A stretch of DNA of 64,000 nucleotides from NCBI RefSeq assembly GCF_006345805.1, contig NC_043002.1, forward strand, positions 52,700,001 through 52,764,000, in the 5' to 3' direction. The translations under genes were made by a program, and so were the position numbers. Shown in pieces: positions 52,541 to 64,000 of the stretch (positions are counted from its first letter, which is position 1; each line of letters begins with the position of its first letter). This DNA is from Octopus sinensis (taxonomy: Eukaryota). Below the pieces are notes generated by a model. That model ran no database searches, was not told the origin of the DNA, and was given only the letters and a program-made list of their open reading frames with translations.

Positions 52541-53449
52541 ATCTATTTTTCTATCTCTGTCTCCTATATCTTAGTATCTATCTCTCGTGACCCTGTCGTC
52601 TGCTAGAGGATGGTAGGGGTTCACTCCCCTGCTTGGAATGTAAACAGGGTGCAGGCTGCACCGGTAACCAGCTGGTAGAGGATCTGCCAGAAGTTAAAAC
52701 GGTAGTAACAGTCATTTTGATGTAGCGATAAACATTACTTCTATCTCATTCTCTTTCTCCACTAAACATCATTCCAGGCATGCGTGAAGTAACCCGTTGG
52801 TAGATTAAGTACCAACAACACGTGATTCACCGGATTGAAGTCAGCAATATTCCCCCTAGAACTAGAAATGAATAGATTCATATAATCGCTCTTCGTTGTT
52901 ATTATTCATACAGTTTTTTACTGTTGGTAGTATTCATGTTATCCTAAATATGTTTATCCGCTAGAAATATGTGGCTTTGTTTCATGGCGCCTTCGAGAAG
53001 AAACGGAGCTTCTGCAAGCTAAATTCCTTTCATTTGCAATTTTATTCAAATACTCGGTGTTGTTTTTACGTTTTTTTTTTTCTTTTCTCTTTGGTGATGG
53101 GGACTAAAATCGTATTCAGAATACTAAAGGGATTTTTTCTTACCTATATTACATGATGGATTGCACTTTCCGCTTTTATTTATTCCCTTATTTATTTCTC
53201 CTGAATATCATTACTTTTGTTCTCGGTATGGGGTACATTTTTGCTTCTTCAACAATTTTAGTTACATTGCGAATGTTTGGGGTTGAAGTTATTTGTTTCG
53301 TTTGCATGTTTATATTTTGGGAGATTTATAACGCATGAATGTGTATGTATGAGTGTATATACGTGTATATATGTGAGTATATGTATGTACAATGTATAGC
53401 CATATGTATACATAACATAGGAATACATACACATTTATATACATGTATA

Positions 53450-53865
53450 TGCGAAGGCGCGTGGCTTACGGTATTCGGTTCATGAGCGTAATAAGATCGT
53501 GATTTCGAACCCCAGCGGCGCGTTGTGTCCTTGAGCAAGACATTTTATTTCATTTTGCTCCAATCCATATTCTATATCATTACCATTCTATACCTTAAAT
53601 AAAAAAAAAGGTAAAACACGAAATAATGGAGCTCTTCTAAAAGGAAGAGATAGTCGTGACTGAAATACCCATATCTATCTATTTATCTTGTAGAAATGAG
53701 CAGTACCGGTAATTCAAAGGGCAGTTTTGTGTCACACTGAATCCCCCTCAGAACTACGTTAAGGGCACGCGTATCTGTGTAGTGCTCAATCATTTGCACG
53801 TTAATTTCACGAGCAGTCTCTTTTGTTGATCGAATCAACAGGAACCTACGTCGTCATAACCGGTG
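53450..53865 (+). mobile_element. SINE family C with about 120-bp foreign insert
   Basis: Matches 19031-19352 on both sides of an insert at about 53567-53690. Confidence 0.82.
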
Positions 53866-53869
53866 CATC

Positions 53870-54620
53870 CCAGAAGTTTCCACACTTTTTCAGGAGTGAC
53901 ATTTATTAATTTCAAAGAAGTACAAGACTCTAATCTCTTTCAAATTAGGATCCTCTGATTTCAATTCATTTGTAATGTTGCAGCCACTTCGTGAAGGTCC
54001 CATGGAAGTCATCCAGACTAAAAGCGTCTATTACCTTGTTACAGCATTCTTTATCTTCTCCTTCAACTTGAGGAACAATCAAAAGTTACAGAGAGCAAGG
54101 CCTTGGTTGTAGGGAGGATGAGGGACAGTTTTCATTCTCATATTTGTCAAGTAATTGGTTACTAGGAAGGAATTATGGAGTGATGCATTGTCTTGATGCA
54201 AATGCTCTTGCATTTTGCAACTAAACCACTTCCTGAACTCCCTCATAACTTCCACAAAGAATTCTTTTTATTGACCGTCTGGCCAGAGAGACCCCGGTGG
54301 ATGTCGTTGCTGTCGTAGATGATGCCCTTGCTGTCGAAAAAGTGGACCATCTTGAGCTTCTAGGCGGACTTGCTTTGACTGGCTTCTTGTGCCAGTGGGA
54401 AATATGCTCGGCTCATACAAGTTAATCTATAAGCAGTTTGAAGCATTTTTAGAAGTTCTGTAGCGTTTTTACGTAGTTTAATACGAAGCCTTATTGCATA
54501 GCGAGCTTCAAAATTGTCTGCAGCAATCTAAAAACTACAGATTTGTGAGAAGCAGTGTTTAGTTGGGTGTATTCAAAGTACTGTTACAGCCGCCTTCTTC
54601 AATCTGGAATAACAAAAGTT
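53870..54620 (-). mobile_element. mariner transposon, internally deleted and decayed
   Basis: N-terminus FEARYAIRLRIKLRKNATELLKMLQTAY joined to FFDSKGIIY...GQTVNK..HQDNASLHNSFLVTNYLTNMRMKTVPHPPYNQGLALCNF (HPPYSPDLAPCDF motif). Confidence 0.85.
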
Positions 54621-55064
54621 GGCAGGTGAGATTATGAAATAAATGGTAATAATAATATACTAAACTTACAATAATCTAGGATAGTTATAACTGCTTCTGC
54701 TAAAGAAAACTCTCAAAACTTCTAGAATGCACCTCATATATATACAAATAATTGTAAATACATATATATACCCAAATATATGTGCAATCATACGCACTTT
54801 TGTTTGCATGTTCGCATTTGAATTGTGTTTATTTTCATCAAGGTCACGTCTACTCGATATTCCCAGCAGCTTCTCGCAGATACCGAAGCAATATCGTTGA
54901 AGGCGGGAAATCGTAAGGGGGTTTTTGGGACGATAACTAACGGGGAATGAGCGACGTCTTGTCTCGCATGTGAATTTTCCGTTTGTTCCTTTGTTGTGTT
55001 TCTGTTTAAAATTTTAGCATTTATATATATATAGATATATATATATATATATATATATATATGG

Positions 55065-55095
<31 letters not shown>

Positions 55096-56629
55096 TGTGT
55101 GTATGTATGTATGTATGTATGTATGTAGTATATATGTATATATATATACATGCGTGTGTGTATGCATCTATGTATGTGTGTGTATGTGTGTGTGGTTGTC
55201 TACACATCAGTTGGTGAATGATACAAGAGCAGGAATTACGTGGTCACCTTCGTTACCTTACAGCTGTTCTCTCTATAGGAAACAATGCATGTTTGTGCAG
55301 CATTCTATAGCTTCCTCGGAACCATTAAAATGAAAACATTTTAAGAATGTTGTACTAGCACTCTGCTCTCAGTGAACTTTTTATACCAGAAACAGTTGTA
55401 AGCTAATGAATGTGATTACGTAACTCTTAATTCTTTAGTCATTTACCAACTGATATTGCACTCAGTACTCTCTTGACGCTTTACTCTAAAACATAAGTAT
55501 ATTAAGTTCTTATAATTGGTTATTGCTATCGCTATGCCTGGTAGCGGTGTGAATGTTGACTGAGGTCGATCTGTTCGACTAAACGCTTCAAGGCGGTGCC
55601 CCAGCGTGACCGCAATGCAATGACTGAAACAAGTAAAAGATATATGTATATATTTATGGCGGGCTTTGTCACAGGTTTCCGTCTACCAATTTCTACTCAG
55701 AACGCAACTATAAAAGACACCTTGCCCGATATGTGCACAGTGGAATTGAACCCAGAACTCAGTGTTTGTGAAGAAAAGAACTTTTTAATCAGGCATTTAT
55801 CTATGTCTACATCTACATACATAATCTTTCTTTATCTAAGTAATCTTCATGAACATTATATAATGTTATATCGTCACTCCCTATCGTGATTATCTCTTAT
55901 ATAACAGAAAATAAAAACAGGCGGCGTTTTATATTCTCCAAACAAATTTCTTTCTTAGAACGCCATCATTGAAATACTTTGCTTCGATTTTTGCAGTTTA
56001 ATTTCTTTTCTTCTTGTGGATTTTTTTTCTCTTTATAACTTAAACTAACATTAATAGATTTGTCGTCAATTAAATGCCAGAAAGCAGACAATTTCATACA
56101 ATTTATAACATCGCTGAATGTTCTGCGTAGATAAAGTAAATCTGCCTATTTCTAATGACTATTTCTAATATATTTCAGTCTTCTGTTTATTGTACGATCT
56201 TCTTCATATAACTTACAAGATTAAAAAGATGATTGAGGATAATAAAAACAAAATCCATAACAGCAAAGACAGAGCTGTTAGTAGATCATAAGATATACCG
56301 GGTATATAAGGCATTAGACAATTTCCAGACTTATACGCTCTTCAGACTGACCGCGTTATTGATCGGATCGCATGAGTATTAATCGATATAAACTTGACTG
56401 AGTTTGTCTCCTGCTTCAATCGACAGTGTAAATTATGCAACCCTTCGCCGCCTTCTTGCAGTCGTCTTCCTCACTGCCTTCCTCCTGCACCTCCCTCTTT
56501 TCACTCCTACACTTCTTTCATTTCTTCGTTCTCCTCTTTTTCATCATTATGATCACTTCCTCGAAAGTGTATGGCCTTTTGCCAATGTTAGAAATCATTT
56601 CTATTCATCACCTTTGTGGCTGCAAAAAA

Positions 56630-56630
56630 C

Positions 56631-56673
<43 letters not shown>

Positions 56674-56841
56674 TGAGGTGGTGGTGGTGGTGGTGGTGGC
56701 GGCGGTGGCGGCGGTGGCGGCGGTGGCGGCGGTGGCGGCGGTGGCGGCGGTGGCGGCGGTGGCGGCGGTGGCGGCGGTGGCGGCGGTGGCGGCGGTGATG
56801 GCGGTGGCGTCGGCGATTGTGGTGGTAGTGGTGTGGCGGTG

Positions 56842-56910
<69 letters not shown>
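56630..56910. repeat. (TAG)n-(GGCGGCGGT)n-(CAG)n-(TAG)n compound repeat
   Basis: Directly visible 9-mer array within trinucleotide tracts. Confidence 0.95.
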
Positions 56911-56912
<2 letters not shown>

Positions 56913-57049
56913 TTGGGGCTCGATAAAATAAGTATCAGTCATGTACTGAGGTCGATGTAATCTATTTCTATCTCAGAAATTGCTGATCGTATGCCTACAT
57001 TTGAAACTATTATCGTGATCATCATCATCAGCAGCAGCAGCATCAGCAT

Positions 57050-57600
57050 CATTATTAATATTAACGTTTCTTAAGCCAGTTATTTATGTTGAGAAAATCA
57101 ATCATAACCAATGGCAAAGCATCCTTCAGATTTTTCTTTCTTTATGTTTCCAGAACCTTCTTCAGAATCTGACCAGTTCGTGATGCTACTGTCTTCTGAA
57201 GTAGTTATGTACGGATCTCGATTCCAAATTTTACCATCCAAGTTGCTGGGGTCTTATTTTAGTCATTTATACCCCCAAGTAATCCACCACAGTTAATACG
57301 ACTGCAAACTTTTTCATGCCTACATTTTGTAAACTTCTTCCAATAATCTTTTCCTTTTCACATATTCTGCTATCTTCTGACAACGGCTACACTTGATTTT
57401 GAAGTCTCAAAGTAGCTTCAATTTATCAAATTGGCACATATACTATTCTTCTCTTCTCTTCGGATTATTTCTTGTACTACTTTCAGTCCATAATCCTACA
57501 AATATTACCATACCTGCATTTAGTTTTCCTTTCGTGCTAATGCACTGCACTCACAAGGTTGCACAATGTTTCTCTTTTCATTCAACAATATCAACATAAT
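57050..57600 (-). mobile_element. Older R4/Dong-like LINE 3' fragment
   Basis: Minus strand shows frameshifted remnants such as EDSRICEKEKIIG and ILKKVLET*, followed by a taataatgatgctgatg tail. Confidence 0.5.
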
Positions 57601-57976
57601 CATGAGTCTGCGGTTTCGTTGATGTTATATGTCGCATAATTAGTTCTCAGGGTGCATTCCTACGCTGTACGTATTAGGGTTTCACTCCCGACCTCGAAGT
57701 TGATGTTTGCATATTTCAAATCATGCCTGATGCCTTTTCTCTCTATCTGTTCTATGTATTTTTTTTTTCTATAATCATGCTTTGCAATGCAACTTTCAAT
57801 CTGTAAAGTACCACATTGCTTTACCTCCGTCAACCAAACTGTTCTTTATATACCAGCTAATATTGTTATCTTCGTTTTTTACGTAGTTTTCGCAGCTTAT
57901 CAAACCTCTGGAGAGATACCATCGACATCACTTTACATAGCATTTGTGGAAAGTAATTTTCTTATTTTATCATTTA

Positions 57977-58358
57977 CTAGCAGTATCGCCCGGCGTTGCT
58001 CAGGTTTGTAAGGGAAATAACTATAACGAATTTTAGAGAGTTATAGCCAAAAAATAGCAAAAAAAATGGAAAAAAAATGATGGTAAATTTTTTTTTAGAT
58101 TAAAAAAGGTGGAGTTGCGTCCCATAGACAGTTTGTGGTATGTGTTCTGATTCTCGACCCCATGTCGAATTATCGATTTTTTTCAGAACTGGGGGAACTT
58201 TTCAAAATTTTTGCTGCGTTAGTTTTGAATTATGACATTGGGCTATGTGTGTGTCAAGTTTCATCAGAATCGGTTGAAAGCCGTGGTCAGGGTGAGGGTA
58301 CAAGCAAACAGACACACAGAAACACGCACAGACAAACTGCCGTTTATATAGAGAGAGA
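57977..58358 (-). mobile_element. Non-autonomous Helitron, complete (382 bp)
   Basis: Minus strand A|TCTCTCTCTATATAAACGG...hairpin cctgagcaacgccggg...CTAG|T; the 3' about 60 bp is shared with the 34463 element. Confidence 0.88.
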
Positions 58359-59954
58359 TTCTCCTAAAGTCTCGTTTACTTCGTTGATAGGATAGGACAC
58401 ATGCCCAATCGACTGGGAATGGATACCTATTTTTAAGTCCAAGGCTGAAGCAATGTGAACAGTAAGAGTAGTGCGCTGTACTCCTACCAACAGGAGTTTT
58501 CGAGATTCAGAAAAACTGGGGCCATCAACAGAGATGCTGGCACAAACATCGAACCATAACATGTCATCTTTTCTCAGTACTACAGACATATTATGAGTGC
58601 ATGAGTGACTCACAATTGTATGTGGGTGGTCTGTATGCACATCCAGGATTTAATTACTCTCAGTCATCACAAGACTATTCCGGAACCATAACACATTCAA
58701 GTGGCGGATAGAATATCGACCAGTCTACTGTCGCAAGACAGATGGCCTAGATACTATGCGTGTGGTGGTATAGGCCACTTGAGAGTCTTGCAGTGAGAAA
58801 AAGAAGAAAAGCAGAAGAAGAAATAAATGAGCGACAACGACAACAATTTTAAAGGTGCCTTGGCTACTGCTACCGCTGTTTCTAAAGTACCATCATTTGT
58901 AGTTTCACTTCAGTTCCACAAGCACCAGAGCCAACGATAGTCGAAAAACCGAGGTATCTTCTCTTCTAGTACAGGACAAACCGGATACTACGGCTAGTAG
59001 CAGTACCATTCTGTCGTCTGGTAGTGTACCATTCTATCGTCTGGATGATACGGTGCCAGTAAACACTGCCAAATATGTCAGTCTTCACGTCTGAAAGTTG
59101 CTATGAACGCTAGAGAAATCACTGTATAAAAAAATAGTCTTGTCAAATTCTACAGTTTGACATAGTTGAAAGAATGCTATTAGGTTAGACTTAGGTCTCC
59201 TTCTAAAATAACATCTAAGTGGATCCCACGTGGTTGGCATGTATGGATTGAAAATTCATTGGTACTAATGGATTTGCATGTCTGGTAAGATGTAGTCTCA
59301 TACCGACGATTTAAGATTGAATCATGAACAGTTAGAATACTTCTCTTGTTCAAGTATTTATTCACCTACTTAATAAATTTGGCTGAACTGCGAAATTCCA
59401 CTTTGATGTATGTTTTAAAGCCTTGCCGACTGTGGTACTATTTACTGATTCTTTATTTCAATAGCAGAATTTTTTCTGTTCCCATGAATCTACTTTTATC
59501 TGCTTTCTTCCTTTTATACAGTGGACGTCCATAGTGACCAACGTGTGTTTCGATCAGAAAAGGGTGCGGATACCGCTTTCTGTAATTATTATCTTTCTTC
59601 TTTCAGTGATACTCTCTGTGCAGAAGTCCACATGAACCATGAGCCAATTGCTTCTCCATAATCTCGTGGAGGGTAGAACCTGTGCCATTATTCAGGGTTT
59701 TAGCGGAGAGGATATTATCAATATTAGTCCCATCTATGTTATCTTCCAAACAACATTTGGCAAGTTACATTCCTTCCATCCTATAGAGCACAAAAAGCAG
59801 CGAAAGTTTCTGAAGATAGATTCTTTCAACAATCGTTTTATAAATTTAATGACCTTTTAACGGAAAACGCTTGCAACAATATCATGTCGATGTGAGGGTA
59901 TTGGCCTGGAAACAACTCAACTTCTGTTTCATTTAATTTCGGATTGAATTTATT

Positions 59955-60280
59955 CTTTTATTCTTTACTTGTTTCAGTCACTTGTTTCAGCACCGCCTTT
60001 CGTCGAACAAATCGACTCCAGGACTTATTCTTTGTAAACCTAGTACTTATTCTATCGATCTCTTTTGCCAAACCGCTAGTCATCAGCATCGGTTGTCAAG
60101 CGACGTCGTGAAGACAAACACAGACACACAAACATATACACACTCATACATATATATACATATATATTATACAACCGGCTTTTCTCAGTTTCCATCTAGC
60201 AAATCCACTCACAAGACTTTGGTCGACCCGAGGCTATAGTTGAAGACACTTACTCAAGGTGCGACGCAATGGGACTGTAC
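59955..60280 (-). mobile_element. SINE family B
   Basis: Match to family B. Confidence 0.85.
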
Positions 60281-60659
60281 ATGAAGGTAAAGAATATATC
60301 AGAGCGGTAAAGATGCACCTTAATTTCAGCAGCGCATATTCAGGATAAAAGTTTTTAGAGCCTTAAAGCATGTGATATAAGCCCAACTTTGCATGAAAGA
60401 CCCGAGGTAATATTTGGAGGAAAATTTTGGGGGAAAATCGCGTCTTATATCCTATCAAATACATCTTTACTGTATCTAGGTATGCATCTAGGCTTTCCTA
60501 TAGAATATGATAACAGGATGGTAAGATGTTAAGCAAACCAAAATTTTCTAGATTATCATCGTTGTTCAAGGCATCTCTTAGATCAATATATTTTTTTGAA
60601 CTCTCAACTTAGATTTTGTTTCATAAAGATACATCCTGATCTGATCTTTGCGTACATCG

Positions 60660-61200
60660 GAGAATTGGCGGAAGTGATGACGTAGACTTTCGTCTACTCT
60701 GACTAACAGTCACATAGAAATCATTTGTCTACGACATTTCCTTCACTCCAAATCTTTGAACATCAAAGTTCTAACCTTTTCGTCCTTTCCAAAACATGAA
60801 AGGATATTGCAAAGAGTCTAAGATTAATGAGAGATTGATTACGTTTCTTTAGAAATACATCTCGTCTAATAATCAGAATGGTAAACTCATTGTAAATAGA
60901 AGCATTAAAATATCTATCCTCAAGAGAATGCTTTATTTGCAAGGAGGACAACTTTTATGTCAGTTTTATTCATATTTTTAAGAGAAATTTTAAAGCTTAT
61001 TACACATTCGTTGTATTGATGTGACGTAACATTTCCAGTTTATCAAAGACAACCTCCTCTGAAACACTTGCATGTTATCACAACTTTGTTTTTCTCTTCC
61101 CGTTCGTCATCAATGAAGTGTATCTGCCTGGTTTTATGAAATAAGTAACCTTGCGTGACAATAAATGTGCCCCTGTATTTTGTCCTCCTTTGTCATATTC
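60660..61200 (-). mobile_element. Possible highly decayed Penelope-like fragment with hammerhead remnant
   Basis: Minus strand VVITCKC...TGNV resembles the GIY-YIG YVITCxGC..YIGQTG motif; downstream gtga-ctgttag-tcagagtagac-GAAA-gtc is a degenerate HHR-like string. Confidence 0.35.
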
Positions 61201-62306
61201 AGAAGCTCCGAAAGAAAAGAAGCCACTTGGAAGTAAAAGTTGTATCTTCTTCCTTTAGAAAGGAAGTCATTTGATTATGTTGTATTTCTTTTCAACGGTT
61301 GTTTAAGTGGCTCTAGAGACATTGAAATGGATTGTAATTTTACTATTTCATTTAAACAACACAAGTGAATGTATGTATGTCTGTGTGTAACAAAAGAAAA
61401 TAAAGATTACCATTTTACAGACATTTACGAAATTTCGCTGACTGCTGCGGGGTTTCCAGATAGATTTCATAAAAAGTAGCACAATTTTCTTTTAAACCTT
61501 GAAGATAATGTTAGAAAGTATCACTAAATGAGAATATATTTTTAAAGATTGCCTGCAGACCGGTTTTAACTTACTCACTTGACAATTTAATATTATAAAC
61601 TGATATTCAATATCAGTTGATATTCAATAAATTTCTTACCTTTAGATTCTAATATTTATAGTTGCGAGTTAAAAAAGCTAGTTGTGTGCAAGCCTGAAAA
61701 GTAGAGTACTGTAGTCAAGTCTGGTGTGTCTGGTGTATCAAACATATGCAGACGACACATTCTGAATGTTGTTAATACCAATACAGGATATGATTGGTCG
61801 TATTCTTTTGCCAACAATCTAATCAGACATATATTTAGAAAATAACAAACAAATTTGTTTTAAATGAATAAGACAAACTTTTTTAAGTACTAGAGTGATG
61901 TACAGATAGAGGGGGGATAAAATGGATTCAACATTTATTCGTAAAAACGACGACTTTATTGTTTTGTTGGTTTATCTATTGCGTTTAAATAAAGGCCATT
62001 GAGAATTCTAACATAGAATTGCCTATTTCACATTTAAGATTTTTAAGCTACAAAATCAATTTCTGTTCATAGAAAAATACACGTTTCTCATTACAAAAAC
62101 ATTTTTTTGTTTATATATTTCTATATACATTCACACATAAGTAGACAGTGAATACAAATATCGAATACAATTGGTCACATCTGTTTTCCTCACAACCATT
62201 TAAATATATATGCACACGTACATACACTCTCGTTCTCTCTTTTTGTCTCCCTCTTTTTCTCCTTCTCTCTCTCTCTCTCTCTCTCACTCTCTCTTTCAAT
62301 CTCTCG

Positions 62307-62339
<33 letters not shown>

Positions 62340-62345
62340 ATTATA

Positions 62346-62395
<50 letters not shown>

Positions 62396-62402
62396 ACCAC
62401 TA

Positions 62403-63908
62403 CTAGAAATACCTGGCGTTGCCCGAGTTAAGGAGAATAATGAAATTTTGAAACGTCGTCTAGATTACGCAGGTCTCAACTGGTAGTTGCTGCGATACCA
62501 ACTTTCTACATTAGTTACTCCCCAACCCATGCCAGCATAGAGCATAGACGTTAAGTGAAATGTTAAAAGAATTTTTTCAATTCCTATATATATATATATA
62601 AAGAAAATACATGTTATTCAAAAACACGTTTTGTGCAGCTTATTTCGTAACCAAAGAAACAGGTACAGATTATAAGCAATGAAAGGCCGATTTTGGTGAT
62701 CCATTTGACAGAGGTAGTAGAGAGCCAATCAGATGATAAATCTGACCTTGGATCTTGAAAGTTTGCATGAATCCTGGCTCAGTTAAATCTCTTGTGGCTC
62801 CAAATGATGTCATCTGTAGTGCAGTGTTGTACTGTCTAATTTTGTTTTGGAAGTGCTTGCAATCTTGGTTATTTAAAGACAACAGTTTCTTCAGTAGCTC
62901 TGGAGGTTGGGTCTAAGCTTTCCACCACTGCAGCACAGTGCAGATGTCTCTCCAGGCCACTTCCTTGCTTTACAATGTATGCACTCATTTGTCATTGCAC
63001 CAATGGAAACTTTAGTGTTATCTGCATAATGAACTGCTGGATCATAATTGAAAACTGCTTTATAGAAGTTGCTTCTCTGAGCTGTTGCAACTGCTCTTCG
63101 TTCTGCAGTGGAGATCCTATTCCTTGTCAGCCGTGCAGAATATGTTCTTTTCTTGATATTCTTCCCTTTCTGCAGCTGTCTTTCTTTCCCTGGACAGAGA
63201 CATTCTTTTCGCTGACCTTGACATTGTATACAAATTTAACAATTTCCTTCTGGGCATGATTATGTACGTATACAGAAAGACACGGTTGCAGAAGATAGTA
63301 AGCAATAAAAATAACTGGGTAACAGAAATTATATTACTTAATACGATGGGCAAATAAAGAATTGTTCGGTTTGAAGCCAAATTTGTCACTTAATGAACTA
63401 AAGAGCCAGTATCGAAGGAACCATAAAAATGCCGTTAACAACAGAAAAACACAAAATTGTTGCAAAATTGTTGCAATGATTTTTTAGGGAAATTAACTAA
63501 GTGTACGGATTTAAGTGAAATTTTTAAAGTTACTTCTGTCAGTAAATTATGAACTTACTTTTATCAATTATTCCATCATCAACAAAAAAACACAAAACGT
63601 TACAAAAATAAATAAGAAATGTGTAGGCAAATTTAACGAAGTGTACAGATTGAAATGAAATTTAAGAAGTTACTTCTGTCAGTAAATTATGTATGAAATT
63701 ACTTTCATCAGTAATTGTGAACTTCTTTCTGTCAGCAATTTGTCGTTGTTGTTTGTAAACAGCGATTGAAAATTTACGGTAAAAACAATAGCGATTGAGC
63801 TTAAAATGAAAACAATAGCGTCTGAAAATTGAAAGTGAAAACAATAGAGAGTGAGTGAGATATAGAGATAGGTGGAGACAGAGGTAGCTAGCTAGTTAAA
63901 TAAATAAA

Positions 63909-63915
<7 letters not shown>
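62403..63915 (-). mobile_element. Helitron, internally deleted, retaining Rep N-terminal coding sequence and 3' terminus
   Basis: 3' end ctcgggcaacgccaggtatttCTAG|T; subterminal tandem repeats at about 63490-63730; the 5' end merges into (TATC)n and is approximate. Confidence 0.8.
62670..63257 (-). pseudogene. Helitron Rep/helicase N-terminal fragment
   Basis: MPRRK..; CIHCKARKWPGETSALCCSGGK; HFQNKIRQYNTALQMTSFGAT...EPGFMQTFKIQGQIYHLIGSLLP, a motif typical of Helitron-like N-terminal domains. Confidence 0.88.

Positions 63916-64000
<85 letters not shown>
63911..64000. repeat. (GATA)n microsatellite
   Basis: Directly visible; runs to the window end. Confidence 0.97.

Noticed and set aside
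56179-56291. Possible terminal exon FCLLYDLLHITYKIKKMIEDNK...
   Set aside because: A 36-codon open frame after an AG is within chance expectation, and there is no recognisable homology.
58735-58790. Zinc-knuckle-like YYACGGIGH suggesting a gag remnant
   Set aside because: Two of the three cysteines are missing and there is no other LTR-element evidence.
59500-59680. Two strong-looking acceptors about 80 nt apart
   Set aside because: The implied intron is only about 43 nt and the second exon is closed in all frames; TA-CAGTGG could equally be a transposon end.

Overview
This window is eukaryotic, AT-rich, repeat-saturated non-genic DNA (intergenic or a very large intron). The tRNA-derived SINEs and extreme microsatellite load look like an octopus (coleoid cephalopod) genome; this is inferred from family resemblance, not a database search. 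I cannot support any intact host protein-coding gene. Almost all ORFs in the track are microsatellite translations or decayed transposon fragments. Recognisable content: three SINE families in many copies; a pogo-superfamily DD35D transposon with a SINE inserted in its transposase and itself inserted in another SINE; an internally deleted mariner; three Helitrons and one Helentron-type non-autonomous element; a hAT-like MITE; RTE LINE remnants; two R4/Dong-type LINE fragments in or next to (TAA)n-type tracts; two Tx1-clade LINE fragments abutting (GATA/TATC)n; and Penelope-like remnants (GIY-YIG). The most interesting signal is a set of hammerhead ribozyme (HHR) motifs: three with a complete or near-complete core (5.4, 11.0, 27.1 kb) and several decayed ones. 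Two sit at the tip of long fold-back hairpins (11.0 and 43.1 kb). Coordinates of decayed repeats are approximate (about +/-20 nt).
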